Below the pieces are notes generated by a model, which saw nothing but the letters and a program-made list of their open reading frames with translations, ran no database searches and was not told the origin of the DNA. DNA of 64,000 nucleotides from Tissierellia bacterium (GTDB lineage: Bacteria > Bacillota > Clostridia > Tissierellales > Tepidimicrobiaceae). Location of the stretch: the NCBI GenBank assembly GCA_012728365.1, contig JAAYFE010000072.1, positions 10,784 to 74,783 on the forward strand, in the 5' to 3' direction. A program made the position numbers and the translations under genes. How positions within the stretch are numbered: the first letter of the stretch is position 1; each line of letters begins with the position of its first letter. Below, in pieces: positions 40,139 through 48,520 of this stretch.

Positions 40139-41035
40139 ATGAATGGAATAATTAATGTATTTAAACCTAAGGGAATGACCTCCCATGATGTAATAAAAGA
40201 AATAAGGAGAATATTTAATATAAAGAAAGCTGGGCATACTGGTACCCTAGATCCAAATGCTGCTGGAGTTTTGCCTGTTTGTATTGGGAAGGCTACTAGA
40301 GTGAGTGAATATATGTTAGACCTTCCTAAAGAATATGTTGGAGAGCTGACATTAGGCTATGCTACAGATACCCAGGATGCAGAGGGGAAAATAATAAAAT
40401 TTTCTAATAAGGAGGTAAAGGAAGATGAGATCTATCAAGCCTTTAATAGGTTTAAAGGCGAGATAGAACAAATACCTCCTATGTATTCTGCATTAAAATA
40501 TAAGGGTCAAAAATTGTATGAATTAGCTAGGAAGGGTAAAACTGTTGAAAGAAAAGCTAGACAAGCAACCATTTATGAATTAGATATAAAAAAAATATTA
40601 GATAAAAAGATTATATTTTATGTAAAATGTTCAAGGGGTACATATATTAGAACTCTCTGTGATGATATTGGGAAAGTTCTAGGTACCTATGGTTATATGT
40701 CTTTCCTTATTAGGGTGGGGGTTGGTAATTTTAAAATTGAAGACAGCATAAGTTTGGATCAATTAAAAGAATTAGATAGAAATACTCTTCAAACAGTAAT
40801 ATCTTCTATGGATGAAGGTCTAATACATCTTGAAAAAATAAGTTTAGATAAAAAATATTTTAATAAGCTTATAAATGGAGCTAAAGTATCTATAGATAAT
40901 TCACTTATCAGTAAATATAACATTAATACTCCTTTTAGAGTATATGTTGACAACAATTTTATTGGAATTGGAAGGATAATCCAATCAGCTAACAACTTTA
41001 ACATTAAGATGGATAAAGTTCTTACACAAAGGTGA
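40139..41035 (+). CDS. truB: tRNA pseudouridine-55 synthase
   Basis: GIINVFKPKGMTSHDV, the catalytic-Asp motif GHTGTLDPNAAGVLPV, and GTYIRTL are present. Confidence 0.93.
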   Translation: MNGIINVFKPKGMTSHDVIKEIRRIFNIKKAGHTGTLDPNAAGVLPVCIGKATRVSEYMLDLPKEYVGELTLGYATDTQDAEGKIIKFSNKEVKEDEIYQAFNRFKGEIEQIPPMYSALKYKGQKLYELARKGKTVERKARQATIYELDIKKILDKKIIFYVKCSRGTYIRTLCDDIGKVLGTYGYMSFLIRVGVGNFKIEDSISLDQLKELDRNTLQTVISSMDEGLIHLEKISLDKKYFNKLINGAKVSIDNSLISKYNINTPFRVYVDNNFIGIGRIIQSANNFNIKMDKVLTQR

Positions 41036-41040
41036 TAAAT

Positions 41041-41961
41041 ATGGAAATAATTGATGCAATGCGTAAAAGTGAAAACAAATATGGTACAGCAGTGGCACTT
41101 GGAAATTTTGATGGGGTTCATCTAGGACATCAATATTTATTAAAGAGTAATATAGAAAAAGCTAGAAATAAAAATTTAAAGCCTTCTGTCCTTGTTTTTA
41201 AAAATCATACTAAAACAGTTTTAAGTAAAGATAAAAAATTTAAAATAGATATTCTTACATCATATGATGAGAAAATAAGGCTTTTAGAGGAGCTAGGTGT
41301 AGAAATTATATATGTTATGGATTTTAATGAACAAATAATGAAGTTAAGTCCTGAACAATTTATAAAAAATATATTAGTAGAAAGATTAAATGCTAAACTT
41401 ATAACTGTTGGCTTTGATTATAGATTTGGTTATAAGGCACAAGGCGATAGCAATTACCTTAAGGAATTAGGAAAAATAAATGGGTTTGATGTAAATATAA
41501 TAGACCCAGTATATATTGACGATGAAATAGTAAGTAGTACTATAATAAGAAATTTGATCATAAAGGGTAATATAGCAAAAGCCAATAAATTCCTAGGCAG
41601 AAATTACAGTTTTATAGGAACAGTAATAAAGGGTAGTAGTAGAGGAAGAAAATTAGGTTTTCCCACAGCTAATATTAGTTTAAATGATAGATATGTTATT
41701 CCTAAAATTGGTGTATATAAAACTTTTACCCATGTAGATAATAGAAGATTTTTAAGTTTAACTAACATTGGATATAATCCAACCTTTAATGAAAAAGAAC
41801 TTAAGATAGAAACATATATCCTAGATTTTAACAAAGATATATATGGTTCTATTATTAAGATAGAGTTTGTAGAGTTCATAAGGGACGATATAAAGTTTAA
41901 TACTGTTGAAGAATTAAAAAATCAAATGAATAAAGATCTACTATATATTAAAAACAATTAA
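41041..41961 (+). CDS. ribF: Bifunctional riboflavin kinase/FMN adenylyltransferase
   Basis: ALGNFDGVHLGHQ is present, and the C-terminal kinase domain shows GRKLGFPTANI and E.YILDF. ATG 41041 is preferred over GTG 41032 because of RBS spacing. Confidence 0.92.
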   Translation: MEIIDAMRKSENKYGTAVALGNFDGVHLGHQYLLKSNIEKARNKNLKPSVLVFKNHTKTVLSKDKKFKIDILTSYDEKIRLLEELGVEIIYVMDFNEQIMKLSPEQFIKNILVERLNAKLITVGFDYRFGYKAQGDSNYLKELGKINGFDVNIIDPVYIDDEIVSSTIIRNLIIKGNIAKANKFLGRNYSFIGTVIKGSSRGRKLGFPTANISLNDRYVIPKIGVYKTFTHVDNRRFLSLTNIGYNPTFNEKELKIETYILDFNKDIYGSIIKIEFVEFIRDDIKFNTVEELKNQMNKDLLYIKNN

Positions 41962-42021
41962 AATAATTAGTGGTATTTACATTTTGTAAGAAATGTGATA
42001 ACATTCTTTTGTAAGCATATA

Positions 42022-42068
42022 CCTTTAGCTATGTTTATCGATTCCTCGGCGATTTACTTAGCTAAAGG
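42022..42068 (+). promoter_or_regulatory. Structured rpsO 5' leader (candidate S15 autoregulatory element)
   Basis: A perfect 10-bp stem, CCTTTAGCTA (42022-42031) with TAGCTAAAGG (42059-42068), encloses a second small stem ATCG/CGAT. It ends 15 nt before the AGGAGG RBS of rpsO. Confidence 0.45.
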
Positions 42069-42096
42069 CAGACTAAAATTAAAGGAGGAATATATA

Positions 42097-42366
42097 ATGG
42101 CACTAAGCAAAGAAGAAAAAGCTAAAATTATTGAAGAGTACAAAACCCATGAGAATGATACAGGTTCACCTGAGGTGCAAATTGCAATATTAACCTATAG
42201 AATTAATCAACTAACTGAACATTTAAAGATTCATAAAAAAGACCATCATTCAAGAAGGGGACTTTTCAAGATGATAGGTCAAAGAAGAGGGTTATTAAGG
42301 TATCTAGAGAAGAAAGATATTGAAAGATATCGTGAACTAATCCAAAAGCTAGAAATCAGAGGCTAA
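42097..42366 (+). CDS. rpsO: 30S ribosomal protein S15
   Basis: [33 protein letters not shown]...[15 protein letters not shown] fits S15. AGGAGG precedes ATG 42097, and the longer ORF-track start at 41995 is leader sequence. Confidence 0.95.
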   Translation: MALSKEEKAKIIEEYKTHENDTGSPEVQIAILTYRINQLTEHLKIHKKDHHSRRGLFKMIGQRRGLLRYLEKKDIERYRELIQKLEIRG

Positions 42367-42368
42367 TA

Positions 42369-42395
42369 AGAGCGGGTGTATCCCGCTCTATTCAT
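42369..42395 (+). terminator. Hairpin terminator after rpsO
   Basis: AGAGCGGG (42369-42376) pairs with CCCGCTCT (42382-42389) around a 5-nt loop. A weak T-rich tail (ATTCATT) follows. Confidence 0.5.
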
Positions 42396-42470
42396 TATAA
42401 TTTAAATGTAGTTAGTGTTATTAGTAAATAAAAGGTTATAATAATATTAAAACTAGCAAGGAGGTTAGAT

Positions 42471-44582
42471 ATGGAAAGGCAATTTAAGTATAAATTAGCT
42501 GGTAGTGACCTTATAGTTACTATTGGCAAAGTAGCAGAACAAGCCAATGGAGCATGCTTATTGCAATATGGTGATACTGTCGTATTAGTAACTGCTACTG
42601 CTTCGAAAGAGCCAAGGGAAGGAATAGATTTTTTCCCACTAAGTGTTGAATTTGAAGAAAAACTATATTCAGTAGGTAAAATTCCAGGAGGATTCATTAA
42701 AAGAGAAGGCAAACCAAGCGATAAGGCTATATTAACTGCTCGTCTTATAGATAGACCTATAAGGCCTCTTTTTCCAGAAGGCTACAGGAATGATGTACAG
42801 ATAATAGCAACTGTCTTGTCAGTAGATCAAGACCATTCTCCAGCTATACTAAGTATGATAGGTTCTTCAATTGCATTAAGCATTTCTGATATACCCTTTA
42901 ATGGGCCAACAGGATCTGTTGCAATTGGTTATGTAGACGGGGAATTTGTAATAAATCCAAATGCAGAGCAAAGAGAAAACTCTGATTTAGACCTTACTGT
43001 TTCAGGTACCAAAGACGCTATTATGATGGTTGAAGCTGGGGCAAATGAGCTTTCTGAAGATACAATTCTTGAAGCTATTATGATAGCACACGAAGAAATA
43101 AAGAAATTATGTGAATTTATTGAAGATATACAGAGGGAAGTTGGTAAAGAAAAACAAGAATATACTGTATTTAAACCTGATGAAGAAATTAGCAAGGAAG
43201 TAAGGGAGTTTGCAAAGGATAAATTAGTTGATGCAATACGAACTGTAGATAAAACTGAAAGAGAAGAGAATATAGACAGGGTAATGGAGGAAACAATAGA
43301 ATATTTTGCAGAAAAGTATCCTGAAAATGAAAAAGATATTAGAGAAACTTTAGATGAAATCTTAAAGGAAGAAGTAAGAAGACTTATAGTTGAAGAAAAA
43401 ATAAGGCCTGACAATAGAAAAATAGATGAAATTAGACCTATTACATGTGAGGTAGGCTTACTTCCTAGAGCTCATGGATCAGGATTGTTCACAAGAGGTC
43501 AAACCCAGGTTTTAACTGTAGCGACACTAGGTGCTTCTAGCGATGTACAGATAATAGATGGAATTGGAGACGAAGAATTTAAACGGTATATGCACCATTA
43601 TAATTTTCCACCCTACAGTGTTGGAGAAACACGAGTTTTAAGAGGGCCTGGAAGGCGTGAAATAGGTCATGGTGCTTTAGCTGAAAGGGCTTTAGAACCA
43701 GTAATTCCATCAGAAGATGAATTTCCATATACTATAAGACTAGTATCTGAAGTATTAAGTTCAAATGGTTCAACATCTCAAGCGAGTGTGTGTGGTAGTA
43801 CATTAGCTCTTCTTGATGCAGGAGTACCTATAAAAAAACCTGTTGCAGGAATTGCCATGGGATTAATTAAATCAGAAGATACAACTGTTATTCTTTCAGA
43901 TATACAAGGAATAGAGGACCACTTAGGAGATATGGATTTTAAAGTAGCTGGTACTAAAGATGGAATTACAGCTATGCAGATGGATATTAAAATACCGGGT
44001 ATAGATAGAGAAATTTTAGAAGAGGCGTTGGAAAGGGCTAGACAGGGTAGGTTATATATACTAGATAAGATGGCAGAAACAATATCAGAACCAAGAGAGC
44101 ATTTATCTCCATATGCACCTAGGATATTCCAAATGAAAGTAGATCCAGAAAAGATAAGAGATATTATTGGGCCTGGAGGCAAGGTGATAAATAAAATAAT
44201 AGATGAAACTAATGTAAAAATAGATATAGCTGATGATGGAAAAATACTGATTGCAGCAAATAGTAGAAAAGAAGGGCAAAGAGCAATTGAGTTAATAAAT
44301 AATGTAATAAAAGATGTGGAAGTAGGAGATATATACACTGGAAAAGTAGTTAGAATTGCATCTTTTGGAGCTTTTATCGAACTATTTAATGGGAAAGAAG
44401 GTTTGTTGCATATTTCAAATATAGCCCATGAAAGAATAGAAAAGGTGGAAGATGTACTATCTATTGGAGATGAAGTGTTAGTCAAAGTTATTGAGATAGA
44501 TAGTCAGGGAAGAATAAATTTATCTAGAAAGGCAGTTTTACCAAAGGAAAATAAGCCTAAAAGAATGTTTAAAAAACAATAA
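42471..44582 (+). CDS. pnp: Polyribonucleotide nucleotidyltransferase (PNPase)
   Basis: It is 703 aa with two RNase PH domains, a KH domain ([12 protein letters not shown]) and an S1 domain ([15 protein letters not shown]). Confidence 0.97.
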   Translation: MERQFKYKLAGSDLIVTIGKVAEQANGACLLQYGDTVVLVTATASKEPREGIDFFPLSVEFEEKLYSVGKIPGGFIKREGKPSDKAILTARLIDRPIRPLFPEGYRNDVQIIATVLSVDQDHSPAILSMIGSSIALSISDIPFNGPTGSVAIGYVDGEFVINPNAEQRENSDLDLTVSGTKDAIMMVEAGANELSEDTILEAIMIAHEEIKKLCEFIEDIQREVGKEKQEYTVFKPDEEISKEVREFAKDKLVDAIRTVDKTEREENIDRVMEETIEYFAEKYPENEKDIRETLDEILKEEVRRLIVEEKIRPDNRKIDEIRPITCEVGLLPRAHGSGLFTRGQTQVLTVATLGASSDVQIIDGIGDEEFKRYMHHYNFPPYSVGETRVLRGPGRREIGHGALAERALEPVIPSEDEFPYTIRLVSEVLSSNGSTSQASVCGSTLALLDAGVPIKKPVAGIAMGLIKSEDTTVILSDIQGIEDHLGDMDFKVAGTKDGITAMQMDIKIPGIDREILEEALERARQGRLYILDKMAETISEPREHLSPYAPRIFQMKVDPEKIRDIIGPGGKVINKIIDETNVKIDIADDGKILIAANSRKEGQRAIELINNVIKDVEVGDIYTGKVVRIASFGAFIELFNGKEGLLHISNIAHERIEKVEDVLSIGDEVLVKVIEIDSQGRINLSRKAVLPKENKPKRMFKKQ

Positions 44583-44603
44583 ATTAGCCTATAGATATTA
44601 ATG

Positions 44604-44630
44604 CATGAACCCAATAGGTTCATGTTTTTT
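44604..44630 (+). terminator. Intrinsic terminator after pnp
   Basis: CATGAACC (44604-44611) pairs with GGTTCATG (44617-44624), and TTTTTT follows. Confidence 0.8.
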
Positions 44631-44707
44631 AATTTATAAGACAAATTATAAATACTGACAAGCCTTCCTGAATATAATTGTGTTAGAAGAATATATGGAG
44701 GGATAAA

Positions 44708-45418
44708 ATGAAATTTATAATAGTTAAAAAGAAAACCTTATTCATATTTGTATTAATACTTATATTAATTTTGACAGCTATTCTTTTTATTTCATATTTT
44801 AATCAAACAAGAGAAACCTTTAATACTGATGTGTACTATAAAGGTAATGTTGAAGAAAAAATAGTGGCTTTTGCTTGTAATGTAGATTGGGGTAATGAAT
44901 ATATTAAGCCTTTGTTAGAAATTTTTAAAAAGAGCAATATCAAGATAACTTTTTTTGTTACTGGAAGATGGGCGGAAAATAATCCAGATTTATTAAAAGC
45001 TATTTACCAAGAAGGGCATGAAATAGGCAATCATGGATACAATCATATAAATTATGATCAACTAAGCTATGAAAGAAATAAAGAAGAAATATTGAAAGCT
45101 GATAGCGCTATTGAAAATATTCTAGGAATAAAACCAAGTTTATTTGCTCCCCCTGCCGGAGCTTATAATGAAAATACTATTAAGGCCTGTAAGGATTTAA
45201 ATTATGATATAATTATGTGGAGTATTGATACTATAGATTGGAGAGAAGATAGTACTAAAGAAAAGATAAAAAACAGAGTTATTGAAAACCTACATAATTC
45301 TGCAATAGTATTAATGCATCCAACAGAAGAAACAGTTAAAGCTTTACCAGAAATAATAGCTAATATACTTGATAAAGGATATAAAATAGGTAAAATTAGT
45401 GATGTAGTAAAAAAATAA
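44708..45418 (+). CDS. Polysaccharide deacetylase family (NodB-fold) sporulation protein, YlxY/PdaB-like
   Basis: An N-terminal TM helix is present, and the NodB motifs are ITFFVTGRW and HEIGNHGYNH. It lies after pnp, as B. subtilis ylxY does. Confidence 0.8.
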   Translation: MKFIIVKKKTLFIFVLILILILTAILFISYFNQTRETFNTDVYYKGNVEEKIVAFACNVDWGNEYIKPLLEIFKKSNIKITFFVTGRWAENNPDLLKAIYQEGHEIGNHGYNHINYDQLSYERNKEEILKADSAIENILGIKPSLFAPPAGAYNENTIKACKDLNYDIIMWSIDTIDWREDSTKEKIKNRVIENLHNSAIVLMHPTEETVKALPEIIANILDKGYKIGKISDVVKK

Positions 45419-45437
45419 ACAAGGAGGAGTCCACAGA

Positions 45438-46712
45438 TTGTATTTAAAAGAAAAACTAAATAACGGAACAAAAGTAATCATGGAAAAAATACCTTATGTA
45501 AAGTCTGTTTCTTTAGGAATATTTATAAACGTAGGAACAAAAGATGAAAATAAAAAGAATAATGGCATATCACATTTTATAGAACATATGATATTTAAGG
45601 GAACAAAAAAGAGGAATGCAAAAGACATAGCTGAAGAAATAGACAATATTGGTGGACAAATGAATGCTTTTACAAATAGTGAATATACTTGTTTCTATGT
45701 AAAAGTATTGGACAAGCATTTAATAACTGCCATTGATATATTATCAGACATGCTAAATGATCCAAAATTTACAGAAGAAGACATAGAAAACGAAAAAAAA
45801 GTAATATTAGAAGAAATTAATATGTATTTAGATTCACCTGAAGATATAGTATTTGATATGGTACATGAAAGTATGTTTAAAGGAACACCTTTATCCTTTC
45901 CAGTACTTGGTACTAAATTAACAGTAAGAAATTTCAATAGAGAAATGTTACTTGATTATTATAATAAATACTACAGACCCGACAATATGGTTATAGCTGT
46001 TGTTGGTAATTATAATGAAAAAGAAATTATTAAAATATTGAACAATTATTTTAATAAAAAGTTATGGCATAATATAATAGTTCCAAATAATTTTTCTTTA
46101 CCTGAATTTAAATCCTGTGTCATGGGTAAAAAAAGGGACTTTGAACAGGTTAATTTTTGTTTAGGTACTGAAGGCGTAAAAAGGAATAATGATGATAAAT
46201 ATGCTTTGTATATCATTAACAATATTTTTGGAGGTAGCGTAAGTTCACTATTGTTCCAAAAAATTAGAGAAGAAAAAGGATTAGCCTATTCCATATATTC
46301 TACCCCTATTTTTTTTCAAAATGCTGGAATATTTGCTATTTATGCTGCTTTAGGTAATAGAGAAATTTTAAATGTAGCTAAACTTATAAGGGAAGAAATA
46401 ATAAAATTCAAAAAAAGTTTAATGTGTAAATCACAACTTTTAAAATCTAAAGAACAATTAAAGAGTAGTTATATACTAGGAATGGAATCCACCTTTAATA
46501 GAATGCTTGAAATAGGAAGTTCAGAATTGTTAACAGGTGATATTTTAACTTTTGAGGATGTGTTAGATAAAATTGATAATGTAAGCTTAGATGATATAAA
46601 AAGGGTAACAGAAAAAATATTTGATAGCAATAAATTTAATATTGCATATGTAGGCAATATCCCTGACATAGATGATGTGAATGTTAAATTAAAAGAAATA
46701 TTTTTTAATTAG
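45438..46712 (+). CDS. M16-family zinc peptidase (YmxG/MlpA-like)
   Basis: The inverted zinc motif HxxEH occurs in GISHFIEHMIFKGT. It is 424 aa and starts at TTG after AGGAGG. Its syntenic position matches ymxG. Confidence 0.85.
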   Translation: MYLKEKLNNGTKVIMEKIPYVKSVSLGIFINVGTKDENKKNNGISHFIEHMIFKGTKKRNAKDIAEEIDNIGGQMNAFTNSEYTCFYVKVLDKHLITAIDILSDMLNDPKFTEEDIENEKKVILEEINMYLDSPEDIVFDMVHESMFKGTPLSFPVLGTKLTVRNFNREMLLDYYNKYYRPDNMVIAVVGNYNEKEIIKILNNYFNKKLWHNIIVPNNFSLPEFKSCVMGKKRDFEQVNFCLGTEGVKRNNDDKYALYIINNIFGGSVSSLLFQKIREEKGLAYSIYSTPIFFQNAGIFAIYAALGNREILNVAKLIREEIIKFKKSLMCKSQLLKSKEQLKSSYILGMESTFNRMLEIGSSELLTGDILTFEDVLDKIDNVSLDDIKRVTEKIFDSNKFNIAYVGNIPDIDDVNVKLKEIFFN

Positions 46713-46770
46713 CGAGAAGAGATGAAAGTATAAATTTAAAAATATAAAATTATTTCACGAGGTGATAAAT

Positions 46771-47202
46771 ATGAAGGTCAAGATTGTAAACAAGAGTAAT
46801 TTTCCATTACCAACATATAAAACTACAGGCTCCGCTGGCATGGATTTACATGCAAACATTGAGGAGCCTATAGTTTTAAAGCCCTTAGAAAGAGCTTTAA
46901 TTCCAACAGGACTTTATATTTCAATTCCTCAAGGTTATGAAGCTCAAATTCGTGCACGAAGTGGAATGGCATTAAAACATGGTATAACTTTAGCTAATGG
47001 AATAGGTACAATTGACAGTGATTATAGGGGAGAAATAGGAGTAATATTAGTAAATTTAAGTAATGAGGAATATATAATAAATAGTGGAGACAGAGTAGCA
47101 CAATTGGTAATTGCAAAATATGAAAGAGTGGAATTAGAAGAAGTTGAATCTTTAGATGAAACGGAAAGGGGTTCCGGAGGTTTTGGTCATACAGGCTATT
47201 AA
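46771..47202 (+). CDS. dut: dUTP diphosphatase
   Basis: [18 protein letters not shown] and the C-terminal [10 protein letters not shown] are present. GAGGTG precedes ATG 46771. Confidence 0.93.
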   Translation: MKVKIVNKSNFPLPTYKTTGSAGMDLHANIEEPIVLKPLERALIPTGLYISIPQGYEAQIRARSGMALKHGITLANGIGTIDSDYRGEIGVILVNLSNEEYIINSGDRVAQLVIAKYERVELEEVESLDETERGSGGFGHTGY

Positions 47203-47284
47203 GATCATATGTGATCTTATCATAATTGATAAAACATATTTTTAAACAAACCCCATATAATATATTAAAAATATACTTAAGGGG

Positions 47285-47536
47285 ATGATCAAATTGCTAC
47301 TAAGCGAATTAGGTGGAAAAGAAATAGTAAACTTAAATAATGGTGAAAGACTTGGAATTATAGCAGACTCAGATATTATTGTAGATGAAAAAACTGGAAA
47401 AATTATCTCACTAATAATACCTGAAAGAAAATTTCAGCTAAAACTTTTTGGTGGCAATCAAGATATGGAAATTCCTTGGGACTCCATAAGAAAAATAGGC
47501 CAGGATATGATTATTATAGAGGTTGAAGAAATTTAG
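47285..47536 (+). CDS. ymxH: YlmC/YmxH-family sporulation protein (PRC-barrel)
   Basis: LSELGGKEIVNLNNGERLGII.DSDIIVDEKTGKIISLIIP is typical of YlmC/YmxH. The start may be TTG 47294. Confidence 0.85.
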   Translation: MIKLLLSELGGKEIVNLNNGERLGIIADSDIIVDEKTGKIISLIIPERKFQLKLFGGNQDMEIPWDSIRKIGQDMIIIEVEEI

Positions 47537-47540
47537 TTAA

Positions 47541-47568
47541 ATGCCTGATAACTTATCAGGCATTTTTA
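47541..47568 (+). terminator. Intrinsic terminator after ymxH
   Basis: ATGCCTGATA (47541-47550) pairs with TATCAGGCAT (47554-47563), and TTTT follows. Confidence 0.75.
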
Positions 47569-47637
47569 TATGTTAGCATATAATTATAAAATTAGTAAAC
47601 AATATATTTATAAGAATAATACAATGGAGGTTTCAAG

Positions 47638-48354
47638 GTGAAAAAGAACAAAGATCAACCTTTAGAAGATAAGTGTATCGGAAAGAATAATGATAATTCA
47701 AACAATACTTTAGAAAATGTAAATGAAATTGGTACACCAAATTTACCAGAAATAAATAATAATATTCAATTTATAACTATTATAGGAGAAATTGAAGGCC
47801 ACACCATATCACCAGCTGGTAAAAAAACAACTAAATATGAACATATAATACCCATGCTCATAGCTGCAAAACAAGATCCTAAAATTGAAGGTATTTTTAT
47901 TATATTAAATACTGCAGGAGGAGATGTTGAAGCCGGACTTGCTTTAAGTGAAATGATACACAGCATAGACAAACCTAAGGTATCACTGGTATTAGGAGGA
48001 GGCCATAGTATTGGCGTACCTTTAGCTACTGCTTCAGATTATTCTTTTATTGTACCAACAGCAGCTATGACAATTCATCCAATTAGAACTACTGGGCTTG
48101 TAATAGGTGTACCTCAGACATTTAGATATTTCGAAAAAATGCAGAAAAGAATAACAAGTTTTATACTAAGAACCTCAAATATTAGCGAACCAGTTTTGAA
48201 AAAACTAATGTATGCTACTGATGAGTTAGCAAATGATGTAGGGACTATATTAATAGGCAAAGAGGCAGTTGACTATGGTTTAATTGACGAGGTTGGAGGA
48301 TTTAGTGAGGCCTTGGCAAAGCTTTATGAATTAATAAGAGAGAAAAAGGGTTAG
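47638..48354 (+). CDS. tepA: ClpP-fold serine protease, TepA-like (translocation-enhancing protein family)
   Basis: The ClpP/crotonase-like core is IILNTAGGDVEAGLALSEMI...GGGHSIGVPLA...MTIHPIR. It lies upstream of ftsK/spoIIIE, as B. subtilis tepA does. The start is GTG. Confidence 0.7.
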   Translation: MKKNKDQPLEDKCIGKNNDNSNNTLENVNEIGTPNLPEINNNIQFITIIGEIEGHTISPAGKKTTKYEHIIPMLIAAKQDPKIEGIFIILNTAGGDVEAGLALSEMIHSIDKPKVSLVLGGGHSIGVPLATASDYSFIVPTAAMTIHPIRTTGLVIGVPQTFRYFEKMQKRITSFILRTSNISEPVLKKLMYATDELANDVGTILIGKEAVDYGLIDEVGGFSEALAKLYELIREKKG

Positions 48355-48392
48355 TATGGTTATATAAATTGTGCTATAATAACATGAGAAAC

Positions 48393-48433
48393 AAAGGGGG
48401 AACTCTTTTATATTCATGTCCCCTTTCTGTTTT
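48393..48433 (+). terminator. Hairpin plus T-rich tail after tepA
   Basis: AAAGGGG(G)A (48393-48401) pairs with TCCCCTTT (48419-48426) with one bulged G, and CTGTTTT follows. Confidence 0.5.
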
Positions 48434-48520
48434 GTAAGCACTATAATTTCTATATAAACTGGTAATTTTTAATGGTATAATAAATGGGAAAAGTGAAGTG
48501 AGTAATGACATTCATTAGAG

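Noticed and set aside
43778-44485. A 235-aa minus-strand ORF antisense to pnp. Similar ORFs lie at 42929-43414, 42395-42712, 30599-31021, 33605-33967, 25616-26011, 29239-29598, 17376-17723, 17928-18239, 7148-7465, 6800-7141, 50824-51177 and elsewhere.
   Set aside because: Every one lies entirely inside a strongly conserved + strand gene. Their translations are low-complexity Ser/Ile/Phe/Leu-rich strings with no recognisable motifs, RBS or sensible starts. Antisense frames of Lys/Glu-rich genes in AT-rich genomes are naturally poor in stop codons, which produces shadow ORFs.
48384-48458. A 24-codon small ORF (MRNKGGTLLYSCPPFCFVSTIISI) in the tepA-ftsK spacer.
   Set aside because: It has no RBS. 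The sequence is better explained as the two arms of the terminator hairpin.
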